Assembly: GCF_000315625.1 (NCBI RefSeq) | Contig: NW_005434624.1 | Location: forward strand, 320,007 to 384,006 | From: Guillardia theta CCMP2712 | Lineage: Eukaryota > Protista > Cryptophyta | Length of the DNA: 64,000 nucleotides | Reading direction: 5' to 3' | Part shown: one piece after another, positions 1 through 11,499 of the stretch | Layout of the letters: each line of letters starts with the position of its first letter | Position numbering within the stretch: the stretch's first letter is position 1 | Notes under the pieces: model-generated | The model's database searches: none | What the model saw: the letters and a program-made list of their open reading frames with translations, nothing else | Told to the model about the DNA's origin: nothing | Translations under genes and position numbers: made by a program

Positions 1-2
1 CT

Positions 3-892
3 TCATCATTAGGAGGTTACCTATCGATTGGGGCTGGGACTGATTCTAGAACTGCTGAACGTGCTCAAATCCTTGTCAATACTGGAGATTTGTATATTGA
101 TTGTGGCACTAATAAAACTTTATACTTAAACTATTATTCTAGCGGACGGTATATAAATTTTTATGGCCCTATCGCTGGCAATTCTGTTATTTCAACGACA
201 AGTTATATATCTGCCAATCAATATATCACATCAGGCACTGAAATCATAGCAGGGACCAATATGAAATGCACAGTGCTTAATACAAATCAAATAACTTTAC
301 CTAGAGATTATAGTGGGAATTATGATACGAATAAATGGAAAATTTATCTACTTAGTGGTGGTGCTGGTTTAGGAGGGACAAGCGCAGCAAATGATTTAAT
401 GTTCCAATATGGAAATTATGACGATGTCGGGGAGCAATGGCTCCGAAATAATGACAATGGCAATGACGATTTAGATTTCACAGGTTCGCATAGGTGTATA
501 GCTGAGACCTCAAACTTACTCGATGATATAACTTCAAACATTGATTATTATCAGGGTATGCTCGTATCAACAACCGGATATTATCAAGACCTCAACAGAA
601 TTGATAATGATTTTAGTTCAAATATAAGAATTGATAGTTCCCTACCAATCATAAAAATAACAGAGTATGAAAAAGATAAATCAGTATATGGTGTTATCTC
701 AAACGTAGAAGAAGGAGATAAGAGAATATATAAGACTGGCAATTGGCATTATGCGTACAAGAAGCTTGACGGTCATCGTGTAATGATTAACGCAGTAGGA
801 GAGGGTGCGATATGGGTAACGAATTATAACAACATACAAAAAATAGAAAATGGCGATTATCTTTGCTCATCACCTGTTAAGGGTTATAGCAT
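3..892 (+). CDS. Virion fibre/tailspike-like protein with a putative C-terminal intramolecular-chaperone-type domain (partial: frame open from the window start, runs into the N gap)
   Basis: No stop in frame from position 3. Gly/Asn/Thr-rich beta-type sequence followed by FTGSHRC...GMLVS...LPII...VYGVIS...INAVGEGAIWV...IENGDYLCSSP, a pattern recalled from viral fibre C-termini. Confidence 0.55.
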
Positions 893-1726
893 NNNNNNNN
901 NNNNNNNNNNNNNNNNNNNNNNNNNNNNNNNNNNNNNNNNNNNNNNNNNNNNNNNNNNNNNNNNNNNNNNNNNNNNNNNNNNNNNNNNNNNNNNNNNNNN
1001 NNNNNNNNNNNNNNNNNNNNNNNNNNNNNNNNNNNNNNNNNNNNNNNNNNNNNNNNNNNNNNNNNNNNNNNNNNNNNNNNNNNNNNNNNNNNNNNNNNNN
1101 NNNNNNNNNNNNNNNNNNNNNNNNNNNNNNNNNNNNNNNNNNNNNNNNNNNNNNNNNNNNNNNNNNNNNNNNNNNNNNNNNNNNNNNNNNNNNNNNNNNN
1201 NNNNNNNNNNNNNNNNNNNNNNNNNNNNNNNNNNNNNNNNNNNNNNNNNNNNNNNNNNNNNNNNNNNNNNNNNNNNNNNNNNNNNNNNNNNNNNNNNNNN
1301 NNNNNNNNNNNNNNNNNNNNNNNNNNNNNNNNNNNNNNNNNNNNNNNNNNNNNNNNNNNNNNNNNNNNNNNNNNNNNNNNNNNNNNNNNNNNNNNNNNNN
1401 NNNNNNNNNNNNNNNNNNNNNNNNNNNNNNNNNNNNNNNNNNNNNNNNNNNNNNNNNNNNNNNNNNNNNNNNNNNNNNNNNNNNNNNNNNNNNNNNNNNN
1501 NNNNNNNNNNNNNNNNNNNNNNNNNNNNNNNNNNNNNNNNNNNNNNNNNNNNNNNNNNNNNNNNNNNNNNNNNNNNNNNNNNNNNNNNNNNNNNNNNNNN
1601 NNNNNNNNNNNNNNNNNNNNNNNNNNNNNNNNNNNNNNNNNNNNNNNNNNNNNNNNNNNNNNNNNNNNNNNNNNNNNNNNNNNNNNNNNNNNNNNNNNNN
1701 NNNNNNNNNNNNNNNNNNNNNNNNNN

Positions 1727-2442
1727 CACCACCACCACCAGCAGCAGCAGCTCCTACAACACCACCACCAGCAGCAGCAGCAGCTCCTACAACACCACCA
1801 CCACCAGCAGCAGCAGCTCCTACAACACCACCTGCGGCACAAGCAGGCATGACACCTCCCCCATCACCACCTGGAAATAGGACTGGTTTAACAATTACTA
1901 TACCATCGCCTCAACAACAGCAGCAGCAAAATCTTTTACAAACTGCCGCGCAATCTGGTTTATCATTTACTATGGGAGCTGCCTCTAATAAACCACCATC
2001 TTCGCCTACTGGTGCTTCAGCTGCTTCATCAAATATATTGTCAACAGCGCCAACTACTCAAGGCGCTCAGCCTGCTGTTCCTCAAACACCTGCACAATCA
2101 ACAACAAGCACAGCACCACCATCACCACCTAGCAGCAATATCAAATACTTCAAATCATATGATGAGCTTATTGCTAGACATCCTCGTTTTAAAATACCTG
2201 ATAATTTAACACCAGGAGAGAAAAAATCATATAAGAATTTTATTAATTCTTTGATTAATCCCCCTAAATCAGGAACTAGTGCTGGATTCGGTGACATCCC
2301 TGCAAAATATAGCAGGGCTGAAACTATAGAAAAATACAACTTGTGGCCTCTATTAAAAAGAGCCGTTAAAAAAGGAATTATTGTAGATGAAACAACTATG
2401 GTGTATTACACAAAATTGTTAAAAGATAAAAAAATGTTATAA
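1727..2442 (+). CDS. Pro/Ala/Ser/Gln-rich viral hypothetical protein, 3' part (start lies in the N gap)
   Basis: PPPAAAAPTT repeats followed by a Lys-rich globular tail. Stop at 2440-2442 overlaps the convergent neighbouring gene. Confidence 0.6.
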
Positions 2443-3198
2443 TTTTATGGAAGCCATTAATAATTTATCTATCCCGGTATTTGAAACTGGATTTACATTT
2501 CTTTTTATATCTGCCTCACCAGAGGCATAATTCACTGTGTCTTCATCATAATCATATACTATCATTCTAAGGCTCCATTCAGTGCCTTTTACTAAGCCTA
2601 GATTATTTAATTCTGTGTTTGCGCCACCAGTAGTATAAACATATCTTGTATTAAAACTTATTACGACTTCATTATTACTAAAATCGGTTGACCTCAAATC
2701 TGTTGAGTTCATATCTAAATTATCATTCTTAAATTCATACATTAATGCATCTCTATTTCTTGTGGTCACTACCTCAGCCGCTCCATCATGATATACATAT
2801 GTATCTGAATTATCTTGTGTTAAGAAATGTGTTGTTAATATATCAAAATCACCCTTGTTATTTGTTGAAAATTGATTCTTTACTGAGATTGATTGAGTAT
2901 ATACTCTCAGCTTATATAGATTATAGTTATCTTGTACTGTAGGAAATGGGGGTTGTGCTCCAGCGGCTGGAATAGGCCATATAGTCGTTGTTTTCAATGC
3001 CCCTTTAAATTTAAAATTATCTATAACAATCTTAGCATTTCTGCTGAATTGAAATGGTATATTTAATTTACATCTATAATTATTATAAAACTCTACAGGA
3101 TTCCCTTGGGCAGCTGTATGTTGTGTTGTTTCAAATTCAGTAACATCATTTGAATTTAAATTTATAATAGCTTTGTTCTTCAACTTCCAGTATGACAT
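2437..3198 (-). CDS. Viral hypothetical protein, possibly a second penton/single jelly-roll structural protein
   Basis: 253 aa with ATG in an AT-rich context. Beta-strand pattern (IINLNSND...KIVIDNFKF...WSLRMIVYD) loosely parallels the 12943-13806 protein. Confidence 0.5.
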   Translation of the reverse strand: MSYWKLKNKAIINLNSNDVTEFETTQHTAAQGNPVEFYNNYRCKLNIPFQFSRNAKIVIDNFKFKGALKTTTIWPIPAAGAQPPFPTVQDNYNLYKLRVYTQSISVKNQFSTNNKGDFDILTTHFLTQDNSDTYVYHDGAAEVVTTRNRDALMYEFKNDNLDMNSTDLRSTDFSNNEVVISFNTRYVYTTGGANTELNNLGLVKGTEWSLRMIVYDYDEDTVNYASGEADIKRNVNPVSNTGIDKLLMASIKL

Positions 3199-3223
3199 TT
3201 ATATTAAAGATATAAAATATTTT

Positions 3224-3505
3224 TTACACCTCTTCTGTAGTGCTAGTTATACCCTCAAACACTTCATCCTTAAAATAACTCTTTTGTAACTCTTCTCCTT
3301 TCGCTAAATCTATATTATGATTCATTAAATAATGTACTACAATAAGATGAGCAAAATAATCATCTAAATCTGGGTATTCTCTCTTACACTGGTCAAAAAA
3401 TTGTTTGTATTTATCAATGTCATAAGGTAGTTTCTCTTCAATCACTTCTGTTTGCTCGTTCTGTTGTTCGCTTGGCTTACTGCCGACCGTTTGAGGCTGT
3501 TCCAT
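3224..3505 (-). CDS. Small acidic viral hypothetical protein
   Basis: 93-aa ORF overlapping the ATPase 3' end on the same strand, with viral composition. Confidence 0.6.
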   Translation of the reverse strand: MEQPQTVGSKPSEQQNEQTEVIEEKLPYDIDKYKQFFDQCKREYPDLDDYFAHLIVVHYLMNHNIDLAKGEELQKSYFKDEVFEGITSTTEEV

Positions 3506-4457
3506 CCTTTATTTGTTCTGAAGATATTATATTTTCATCATCTGACTTCTTGAAAACAATAACTTGGTCAAAATTAAGCTTAAAGCATTTGCTCTTGTCC
3601 TTCTGCGTCGTATCTACCACCAGAGCATCATAATGATTCTTACTAGTAGCAAAATTATATATCCTCTCAAAATCTTCTATTGTTATAAGGTTTGATACAC
3701 ACTCATAAAGGTCTTCTAATATAATCTTCTTTGAGGCAAACTTAAACAGAATGAGGACTGAGGCATTGGCCCTTATCGATTTGTTGATTGCCTTTACATT
3801 CTGGGCACAAATAAAAAACTGTGTACGCATGTGCCTGCTGTTAAGAATGGCTTTTACCAACATGTTCTGTCTTTTGTTAGTAAAAGCAGCAGAACCTAAA
3901 CAATCATCTAGAATTATATTGTTTACCACTCCGTTAGGATACTTTGGTTTATCTGTTAAATCTTTTGGATTCTTAAAGTCATTTATGAATAATAATTGTA
4001 AATCATCTGGGTCCATGTTCTTTATTTTTGAGACTGGTAATGATTGAAACTCTTTATAGGCTAGTTTATACCTCTTAAATTCTTCTGTCTTCTCTGCTTC
4101 ATGTTTGATGTCTTCTAGTACAGCATCTAACTTTTGCTCTGTAAATTCATTTATAATATCATCCTCATCTAATGATTTAAGAGTTGTAAAAACAGGGTTA
4201 GCATCAAATGTTGGACTGAATAAAATAGTTCTAATTGCTACCTTATCATTAGTTTCAGGGTCTATATATCCGAATTTCTCCCAGTTACTTATTAGCTTTG
4301 TTACCGCATAAGTTTTCCCGCTGCCTCTTGCGCCCAGTGCCAATGTTACACAAAATGGTGCGGGAAGGTTAGGGTCTGTCACTGGATATACAAGTTTTTT
4401 GAATGATTTTGGTTTGTTATCTAAATATGGGATTTTTACAGTCTTGATATCAGTCAT
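3477..4457 (-). CDS. A32-like (FtsK/HerA superfamily) genome-packaging ATPase
   Basis: Walker A GARGSGKT, Walker B IILDD, Arg-finger region SRH, sensor motif ICAQ, downstream IRANAS; 326 aa. Confidence 0.92.
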   Translation of the reverse strand: MTDIKTVKIPYLDNKPKSFKKLVYPVTDPNLPAPFCVTLALGARGSGKTYAVTKLISNWEKFGYIDPETNDKVAIRTILFSPTFDANPVFTTLKSLDEDDIINEFTEQKLDAVLEDIKHEAEKTEEFKRYKLAYKEFQSLPVSKIKNMDPDDLQLLFINDFKNPKDLTDKPKYPNGVVNNIILDDCLGSAAFTNKRQNMLVKAILNSRHMRTQFFICAQNVKAINKSIRANASVLILFKFASKKIILEDLYECVSNLITIEDFERIYNFATSKNHYDALVVDTTQKDKSKCFKLNFDQVIVFKKSDDENIISSEQIKDGTASNGRQ

Positions 4458-4518
4458 GCTTTATATTTATAACCTTTTTTTATAAAAAAAAGCTTTACAA
4501 AAAAAAAACACTTTAGAT

Positions 4519-5109
4519 TTATAAAAAGTCACTGTGACCGAATAAAGACTGAGCACTTAGCTTTAAGTGTTCTCTTTCTAAATCTCTTAAAATACGATTA
4601 TCAGCCTGTTGCCTTATTTTATGTTGCATTGAGACTTGGTTTGTATTAAAGGTTGATTGTAAACTTCTATGCTCCTGTTTTAATTTATCATATTTTTGTT
4701 TATAATACTTTGCATCTTTTGTAAATGCTTGTTGCGGTTGTGCTTGTGGTAGGGAAGGCTGCGTCTGACCCATAGCTCCGCTTGCTTGCTGTTGTGATTG
4801 TATTGCATTGATTTGTTTCGCTTGTTCTAATATTTGATTGTTTACCTCCTTTCTGATATTCTTTGGATTAGCTTGTGCTAATGCCTTCTTTTTATCAATC
4901 GCAAGCTGTCTTATTTTAGCTAAATGTTCTAACTGTGCTGGAGTCATTATTTTTTTCTTTTTTTGAATTTTTGGTTCTTGTAAAGGTTCTTTCATAGGTT
5001 CCTGTAAGGGTTCTTCTTCTACAGTGTCATCTGACGTGATACTTACAGACTCCATACAAGATTCTATGGATTCTACAGATTCTACGGATTTATTTGATTT
5101 CTTACCCAT
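4519..5109 (-). CDS. Viral hypothetical protein (basic/coiled-coil)
   Basis: 196 aa with KKKKIMTPAQLEHLAKIRQLA, a basic-helical motif type recalled from PLV/virophage proteins next to the ATPase. Confidence 0.65.
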   Translation of the reverse strand: MGKKSNKSVESVESIESCMESVSITSDDTVEEEPLQEPMKEPLQEPKIQKKKKIMTPAQLEHLAKIRQLAIDKKKALAQANPKNIRKEVNNQILEQAKQINAIQSQQQASGAMGQTQPSLPQAQPQQAFTKDAKYYKQKYDKLKQEHRSLQSTFNTNQVSMQHKIRQQADNRILRDLEREHLKLSAQSLFGHSDFL

Positions 5110-5131
5110 TTTATAGATATATTAGATAATT

Positions 5132-5470
5132 TTATCTGCCAAATCTCAATGGTTTCAGTTGATTATAAGGGACTAAACGAGAGCCTACCTGTATTGGTAA
5201 GTCCTGTACGTGACTTAGAGTATTGTAGTTTAAGTTATTATGCTCATCGTAAGGGACCCTTATAACCTCTGGACAGTGAGCATCTAACCAGAAGGGTTTT
5301 TCCATCTTTGATGATTTATCATTGATAGCATATGGCAAAGATTTAATCCATTTTGTCATCTTCTCTTGTTTTCTAGCCACTCCAGCATAATTATTAGCTT
5401 TTTCATGTATTTCAATATGATTTACGAATGAGCGTAGGGCACCATTAGGTTCATAGATAGAGTCCAACAT
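5132..5470 (-). CDS. Viral hypothetical protein
   Basis: 112-aa ORF within the co-oriented minus-strand viral gene run. Confidence 0.6.
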   Translation of the reverse strand: MLDSIYEPNGALRSFVNHIEIHEKANNYAGVARKQEKMTKWIKSLPYAINDKSSKMEKPFWLDAHCPEVIRVPYDEHNNLNYNTLSHVQDLPIQVGSRLVPYNQLKPLRFGR

Positions 5471-5511
5471 ACTTTACTATATAAAATAAATATTTTTTGT
5501 TCTTTTTTTGT

Positions 5512-5613
5512 CTAAAATAAAGGAAGAATTTGACGACCAGCTCCAATTTTTAAAATGGCATTCATTTCAGTATAAACTAATGGAGTGGCACTTTGGGCCG
5601 CATTGCCTCCTCT
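5512..5613 (-). pseudogene. Displaced C-terminal fragment of major capsid protein 1
   Basis: Minus strand from 5613 reads RGGNAAQSATPLVYTEMNAILKIGAGRQILPLF*. It aligns with the intact paralogue's C-terminus TPILFVEMERTIEISNSNVKIM and abuts the left TIR. Confidence 0.85.
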
Positions 5614-8600
5614 CATTCCATTGGGTTCTCAACTGGATTTTATTCCGTCTCGGCGGGGTCTTTTTCTACCTGGATTTTTCTTAATGAATAGGTTTTGGAT
5701 TTCAAAGTGAAAATTTTCCTTGAAATGTTTTACTTCTGTCAAACCACGCCATTTCAAATTGTGGGATCCTGCCAGCACCGTGCCATTTCTAGAATTTAAA
5801 CGTTGTACAGAATGTACCAATGTTGTACACGGTGTCAGTTTGGGAGACTCACGTTCAAGCAGATCGCGCCCTGTGGGCACCATGTTGTGAGATAAATACA
5901 TCATTGTGATGACAAGAACATCTTTTGATGCCAAATTTGACCAGATTTGAATGTATCATGTGGGAAAACGACTGCATTTCCTTTAAGCAGAGTGTTTTGA
6001 GGATGATGCATATCATGTTGCAATAAGAATTTTGTGGAAAGGAAATATTTGAATCTCAGTTCGTTGAGTTGCGTGTAAATGCAAATATGCTTTGAAGCAT
6101 TGTGAGCATAGTTGTAACTGTGCATTGACTTGTAAGGTACGCATTCAAATTTGCATGCTCACGCTATCCAATAATTGTGTGACTTTCCTTGTCATACTTG
6201 CACTGAAACACCTCAATTCTGATGTTCCAAAGCCCTGATCAGCTGTTTTCACACTTTCAGAAGGGAAACATGAAAGGAATCGATGAGAGAGGCAACCTTC
6301 GAAGACATAAAGGAAATGCGATTCTCCTTATTGCGATGACGGCCTAGCTTCCTGTACCAGAATGCTTCGTCGGTTGTATATGAAACATATTTCAAGAGAC
6401 TTGCTGGTGCTTTGCCCTGATTGCGTATAATGAGGCTTCTCCCAACGCATTCCANNNNNNNNNNNNNNNNNNNNNNNNNNNNNNNNNNNNNNNNNNNNNN
6501 NNNNNNNNNNNNNNNNNNNNNNNNNNNNNNNNNNNNNNNNNNNNNNNNNNNNNNNNNNNNNNNNNNNNNNNNNNNNNNNNNNNNNNNNNNNNNNNNNNNN
6601 NNNNNNNNNNNNNNNNNNNNNNNNNNNNNNNNNNNNNNNNNNNNNNNNNNNNNNNNNNNNNNNNNNNNNNNNNNNNNNNNNNNNNNNNNNNNNNNNNNNN
6701 NNNNNNNNNNNNNNNNNNNNNNNNNNNNNNNNNNNNNNNNNNNNNNNNNNNNNNNNNNNNNNNNNNNNNNNNNNNNNNNNNNNNNNNNNNNNNNNNNNNN
6801 NNNNNNNNNNNNNNNNNNNNNNNNNNNNNNNNNNNNNNNNNNNNNNNNNNNNNNNNNNNNNNNNNNNNNNNNNNNNNNNNNNNNNNNNNNNNNNNNNNNN
6901 NNNNNNNNNNNNNNNNNNNNNNNNNNNNNNNNNNNNNNNNNNNNNNNNNNNNNNNNNNNNNNNNNNNNNNNNNNNNNNNNNNNNNNNNNNNNNNNNNNNN
7001 NNNNNNNNNNNNNNNNNNNNNNNNNNNNNNNNNNNNNNNNNNNNNNNNNNNNNNNNNNNNNNNNNNNNNNNNNNNNNNNNNNNNNNNNNNNNNNNNNNNN
7101 NNNNNNNNNNNNNNNNNNNNNNNNNNNNNTCGAATCTTAGGTATAGGATAGTGCATCTCTGATCTTATCTCTGTACTGACCCGTTTACCCATAGTTGTGC
7201 TTCCACTCAGCGTCCATGCTCTTGATGTGCATGCGCAAGCTGCAGTGCTCAGACCATACAGTCAGACCAGCGCACTTACTTACACAACGAGTGTACCAGT
7301 AGATCTCCATGACCGCCATGTTGTCATGTACAAACAAACAAACAAACAAACAGTACGGACAAACGAACAAACAAACAGAACGGACAAACGAACAAACGAA
7401 CAGTACGGACAAACGAACAAACAAACAGTACGGACAAACGAACAAACAAACAGTACGGACAAACGAACAAACAAACAGTACGGACAAACGAACGAACGAA
7501 CAGTACGGACAAACAAACAAACGAACAGTACGGACAAACAAACAAACGAACAGTACGGACAAACAAACAAACGAACAGTACGGACAAACAAACAAACGAA
7601 CAGTACGGACAAACAAACAAACATTCCCTTCAAATTTCAAAGTGTTAGCAAATATTTTGGATGTGTGAAATCAGATTGGTTACATTTTATAATCAGACGC
7701 AATGGGTCGGGCACACATGTCGCGCCAACGATGATTGTTTCCTGGGGTTGCAACACGCATAAGCCCACAATCAGCTGCGTTGAGAGGCATCGAGACTAGA
7801 AGAAATGGAGATAATATGTCCTCCAATGAAAACATTGACTTTCAAGATGTGCCACCTTCCAGTTTACATAAACCCCTGATCTTGAAGATTCAAAGTTCCT
7901 TCCTATCTCAACTTCAGAGTTCGATTGAAGTTCGATGGACAAATAGCACCCTGGGCTTACGGGTTCTTTTAACTCCTGGTTGTTGAATCCGCTATCATGA
8001 AGATCACGGTGATCTATGCCAGGTTGTTCACAAGTGCGTTTCTGCTTGGCAACAAATAGCAACGCTTAGCAGATGTGATTGTTTACACATCCTCATTGTC
8101 ATCCCTATTGTGATCAGTAGAGTTTCAATTATCTTTGGTGAAAATTCAAACCTTGTTGCCAACATGATTCATTTAGGATCCTGGCACCTCTGTTTCGATT
8201 TGCATGCAACATCATTCTATTTGTTTGCATCTCCTTCTTTTGAAAAGTGTATCTCAGAGTGTTATACGGTCTACTGTGACATCCTCCCGAAGTTCCTCCT
8301 GTCCTTTGCGTGCTTTGTGTTCTGTGAGCCGCTACTACCAGGACAGTGCTGCTTCAGAGCTGTTGTATACAAGGGACCACAGTAATCACCATCATGGTGA
8401 AGAATCTTTTATTTGTTGGCAAATAAACAAATAAACAATCTTCAGAAACTGTTGTTACGCAGATTCAAGTTTGCATGACTGATACAGCCTCTGCCTACTC
8501 TATATATCGCTTGATCCCTGGTATCACAGCCTAGATGTCAAACATGCAATACTATCTCGGAGTGTGCAAGACACTTTCCTGAAATTGCATGGTTGGAGCA

Positions 8601-9999
8601 ATTGCGAGACAGGATTTGCAGAGAGAATAAGCATTTGCACGGGTTGTCATGAAACATGCTTCATCAACATCATCGGCAATGCCGCAGTAACACGATGATA
8701 CGATTCACTGCCGTGATTATCAGCGTAGAAAGGAATCTCATATCGACACGTCTGAAGCAAGCATCTGATACAAACGATTATCTTCTTAAAACTCTGAATA
8801 TCGCCAACCATATCATGTACCTGCCATTGTCCAATCAGCACATCTACAGTGTTCCCGATGCAACTCACTGGCCACATGGGTTTGTGCCACGAAGGATACC
8901 GTAGACCATGAGACAGAGAGAAACACAAGGTAGACACTATTTCGTATGATGTTTTTGCTTACCATCACAGTTTCAAAATACATGCTGAGATCGGCTGTTG
9001 CTATGCCATCTTCTGTCCATTCTGAAATTACACTTGAACATTTTGAATGAATCGTCATTGTGCAAGAATTTGAATTTTTTGCTCAGCTTTGACATCATCT
9101 TCGGCCTAAGCTAAGTGATCTAAGTGGTTTTAGTGCAATTTGAGGCAGCGTGGTAATGATAGAGATGTTGCATTGGCTTTATGTTGAGGAAGAGATGTTG
9201 AGTTCAAATCTCTTGCTACTTCTTGAATTTCACAGAAGAGACAATGAATTTCACAGAAGAGACCAAGTCATCACAAATAGACAAGTAACCGTATCTTCGT
9301 TTCCTGCATATCAATGCATGGTTGGATTCGAAGTCTCACATTGTTCATTATCGTCCTTACGCGCGTCAATGGGACAATCTCACCATCTCTTGTTCGTCGA
9401 GGGAGGGGGGGGCTGGAGTGGAGACAAATGGGGGGACCCCCTACCCATCATTTTCCCATTTGAAATTCAGAGACTGGGGGGTAGAGGGTGAACCTTGGTC
9501 AAATTCGAACCGTAAAACTCGCAACGCTCGAGAGTGTGACCCACCCTACGCGACAAGGAGGTTTGGAGTGGAAATAATGGGGTCAAAGGCGTGGCGATTC
9601 AAACCCACATCGCGGCCACCCCCCTCGAGTATAAGACTCTAGCTCAGGTGGGTGCTGTTTGACCACGCGTTCGAATCCTAACGGCAATCGAAGAGATTGC
9701 TTTTCAGCGTCAATTCCACTACCAGAATGCCCAAGACTTTTATGATTCTCGCCCACTCCTGAATTCAGACTACCTACCCTGACTTCATCTCTTCTGAAAC
9801 ATACGGGTGGTGTAGAGGTGATAGTCGAGGGAGCTCTGCCAGCCCACGGGAATTGCTGACATTGACAGTACAAACTTAGTACGGAGGGGAAAAGGGGATC
9901 CTGATACAAAAATCCTTGAACCCGGTAAAACTCAATTATACCTCGGTACAAACAGGCTAGCCTGGTACAAACAAATCCAGTCGAGAACCCAATGGAATG
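5614..9999. mobile_element. TIR-bounded putative DNA transposon inserted into the major capsid gene
   Basis: 27-bp inverted repeats with 1 mismatch: CATTCCATTGGGTTCTCAACTGGATTT (5614-5640) and AAATCCAGTCGAGAACCCAATGGAATG (9973-9999). The interior is less AT-rich than the virus and has no long ORF. The flanks are the two halves of one gene. Confidence 0.85.
7330..7622 (+). repeat. 25-bp minisatellite (CAGTACGGACAAACRAACAAACRAA, ~11 copies) preceded by (ACAA)n
   Basis: Units start every 25 bp from 7351 to 7601. Confidence 0.95.
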
Positions 10000-11458
10000 T
10001 GTTTGTTACATGTAAAGCCAGCTGAATACTCGATGCCTGAGAGTTAAATCCTGATATAAGGTACTCAGAATCATTGTTATTAAAATGAGATAGAGCAAAA
10101 GCTCCAACAAAAAAGTCACGTTCATAGTGCGATAAATCTTTCATTGCTGGATGGATTCCCTTATCAGAATTTAGAAGATTAAATGCTTTTAGGGTCTCTT
10201 CATAAACTTGAGGAAGAGTCAATGGATATGATGGAATCAGCTGACTGTTAACCTCTAATTGACAGCTGCCATTTGCATATTGACCATTAGCAGACCCTAG
10301 ACCTAAGCCATTGCGCCTGAAATATTGGGAGGAATTGTACAGTGGTCCAATATTCTTCCTTAGGAAGGTTTCAAAGTTAGCATCATTTAGATTGATATCT
10401 CCTGAGGTTATTGTTGCGGCATTCAATCTATCTACAATAGCCTGAACTTCCGCTTGAGCATAAGCAGCGGCAACATTCCCAACTACTGTTCCAATAATAT
10501 TTGTTCCCGCATCATTACCTAGTTGTAGGGCATCAACAGTGTTAAATGTGCTGGTTCTATAAGTCCAGATTACCTTAGCTAAGCTCTGGGTTGATTCTGT
10601 GAATCTGAATATATTAGTTTTGCTGTTTACTAAAGCGTTGCCTGTATGACGTCTGTAATTATTATAGGGCATATTTAATGACCCGCCAGATGATAACAGA
10701 GCATCAAAAAGACTGTAATATGTTGGGCTCTTCCAGTCAATACGATTAACATATGCATACAGATTAGAAATCTGATAAGATGGAGTCGCTGCTGCTACAT
10801 TCTTCCATAGCACAGTATTTGGAGCTAAGCGAATCCTTACTTCAAACACTCCGAAAAGGTTTGTATCAATGATTGAGGGACGGCATGAGCCTAGGAATCC
10901 GACCCAGTCCTTGATACAATAAGTATTCCGAGCAACATTAGCATCTGGAACATTTACAACTGGAGCTCTGGCAACAAGGTTTGTCTTTGTAATGACTCCT
11001 GCGTCATTTACAGTTAATCTAACAGAGGGGTCTGCATTGGTTGAGATGGCTTGCTTGCCTTCTTGCTCACCATATCCATACATATCCTTAAAAATGTTGT
11101 AAAGAACATTGTAATCGTCTATATGTTGTACACACACTCCATTAATATAAATGCTGAGTGTTTGAATCATACTTGCCATATGTTTTGGGAAGCCGCATGG
11201 TTGAGTTGCTGCTGTTGTTCCAGTAATCTCAGCATTAAAAAACAGCTGGAAAGTCCTTAAATCAATCACACTTGCTGGGGGCATTGTAATGATAAGCTCA
11301 TCATTAGGTCCTAAGTTCTGCTGGCCAGTGCTTGGAACGATTCTAACAGGTTGAGTATAATAATTTGTCAATACTTTGATATTATTTGTAAAATTTGACG
11401 GGAAGAAGGTCGATTTAATCATGGTACCATCTCCTGCTCCTGCTCCAATCTCTTCCAT
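10000..11458 (-). pseudogene. Major capsid protein 1 (PLV double jelly-roll type), N-terminal ~486 aa, interrupted by the TIR element
   Basis: MPPASVIDLRTFQLFF, FPKHMASMIQTLSIYINGVCVQHIDDYNVLY, DWVGFLG, IDTNLFGVFEVRIRLAP are PLV MCP-like. The ORF-track tail FHWVLDWICL... is read-through into the TIR. Confidence 0.85.
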
Positions 11459-11499
11459 ATTGCCTTTATTTATTACAAAACATTTTTTTTAGATTGTTC

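Noticed and set aside
850-1880. Long ORFs spanning N runs (also 6392-7192 and 35707-36175)
   Set aside because: Artefacts of translating assembly gaps.
7185-7799. Repetitive ORFs and a CRISPR-like appearance
   Set aside because: Pure tandem 25-mers with no unique spacers and no cas genes; all frames are open only because the unit lacks stop codons.
9932-9999. ORF-track C-terminus of the 508-aa capsid protein
   Set aside because: It is read-through into the right TIR; the real end is at 5512-5613.
5614-9999. Insertion interpreted as a spliceosomal intron, intein or LTR retroelement
   Set aside because: No GT..AG at the junctions on the coding strand, stops in all frames, no LTRs or RT motifs, and the ends are inverted repeats.
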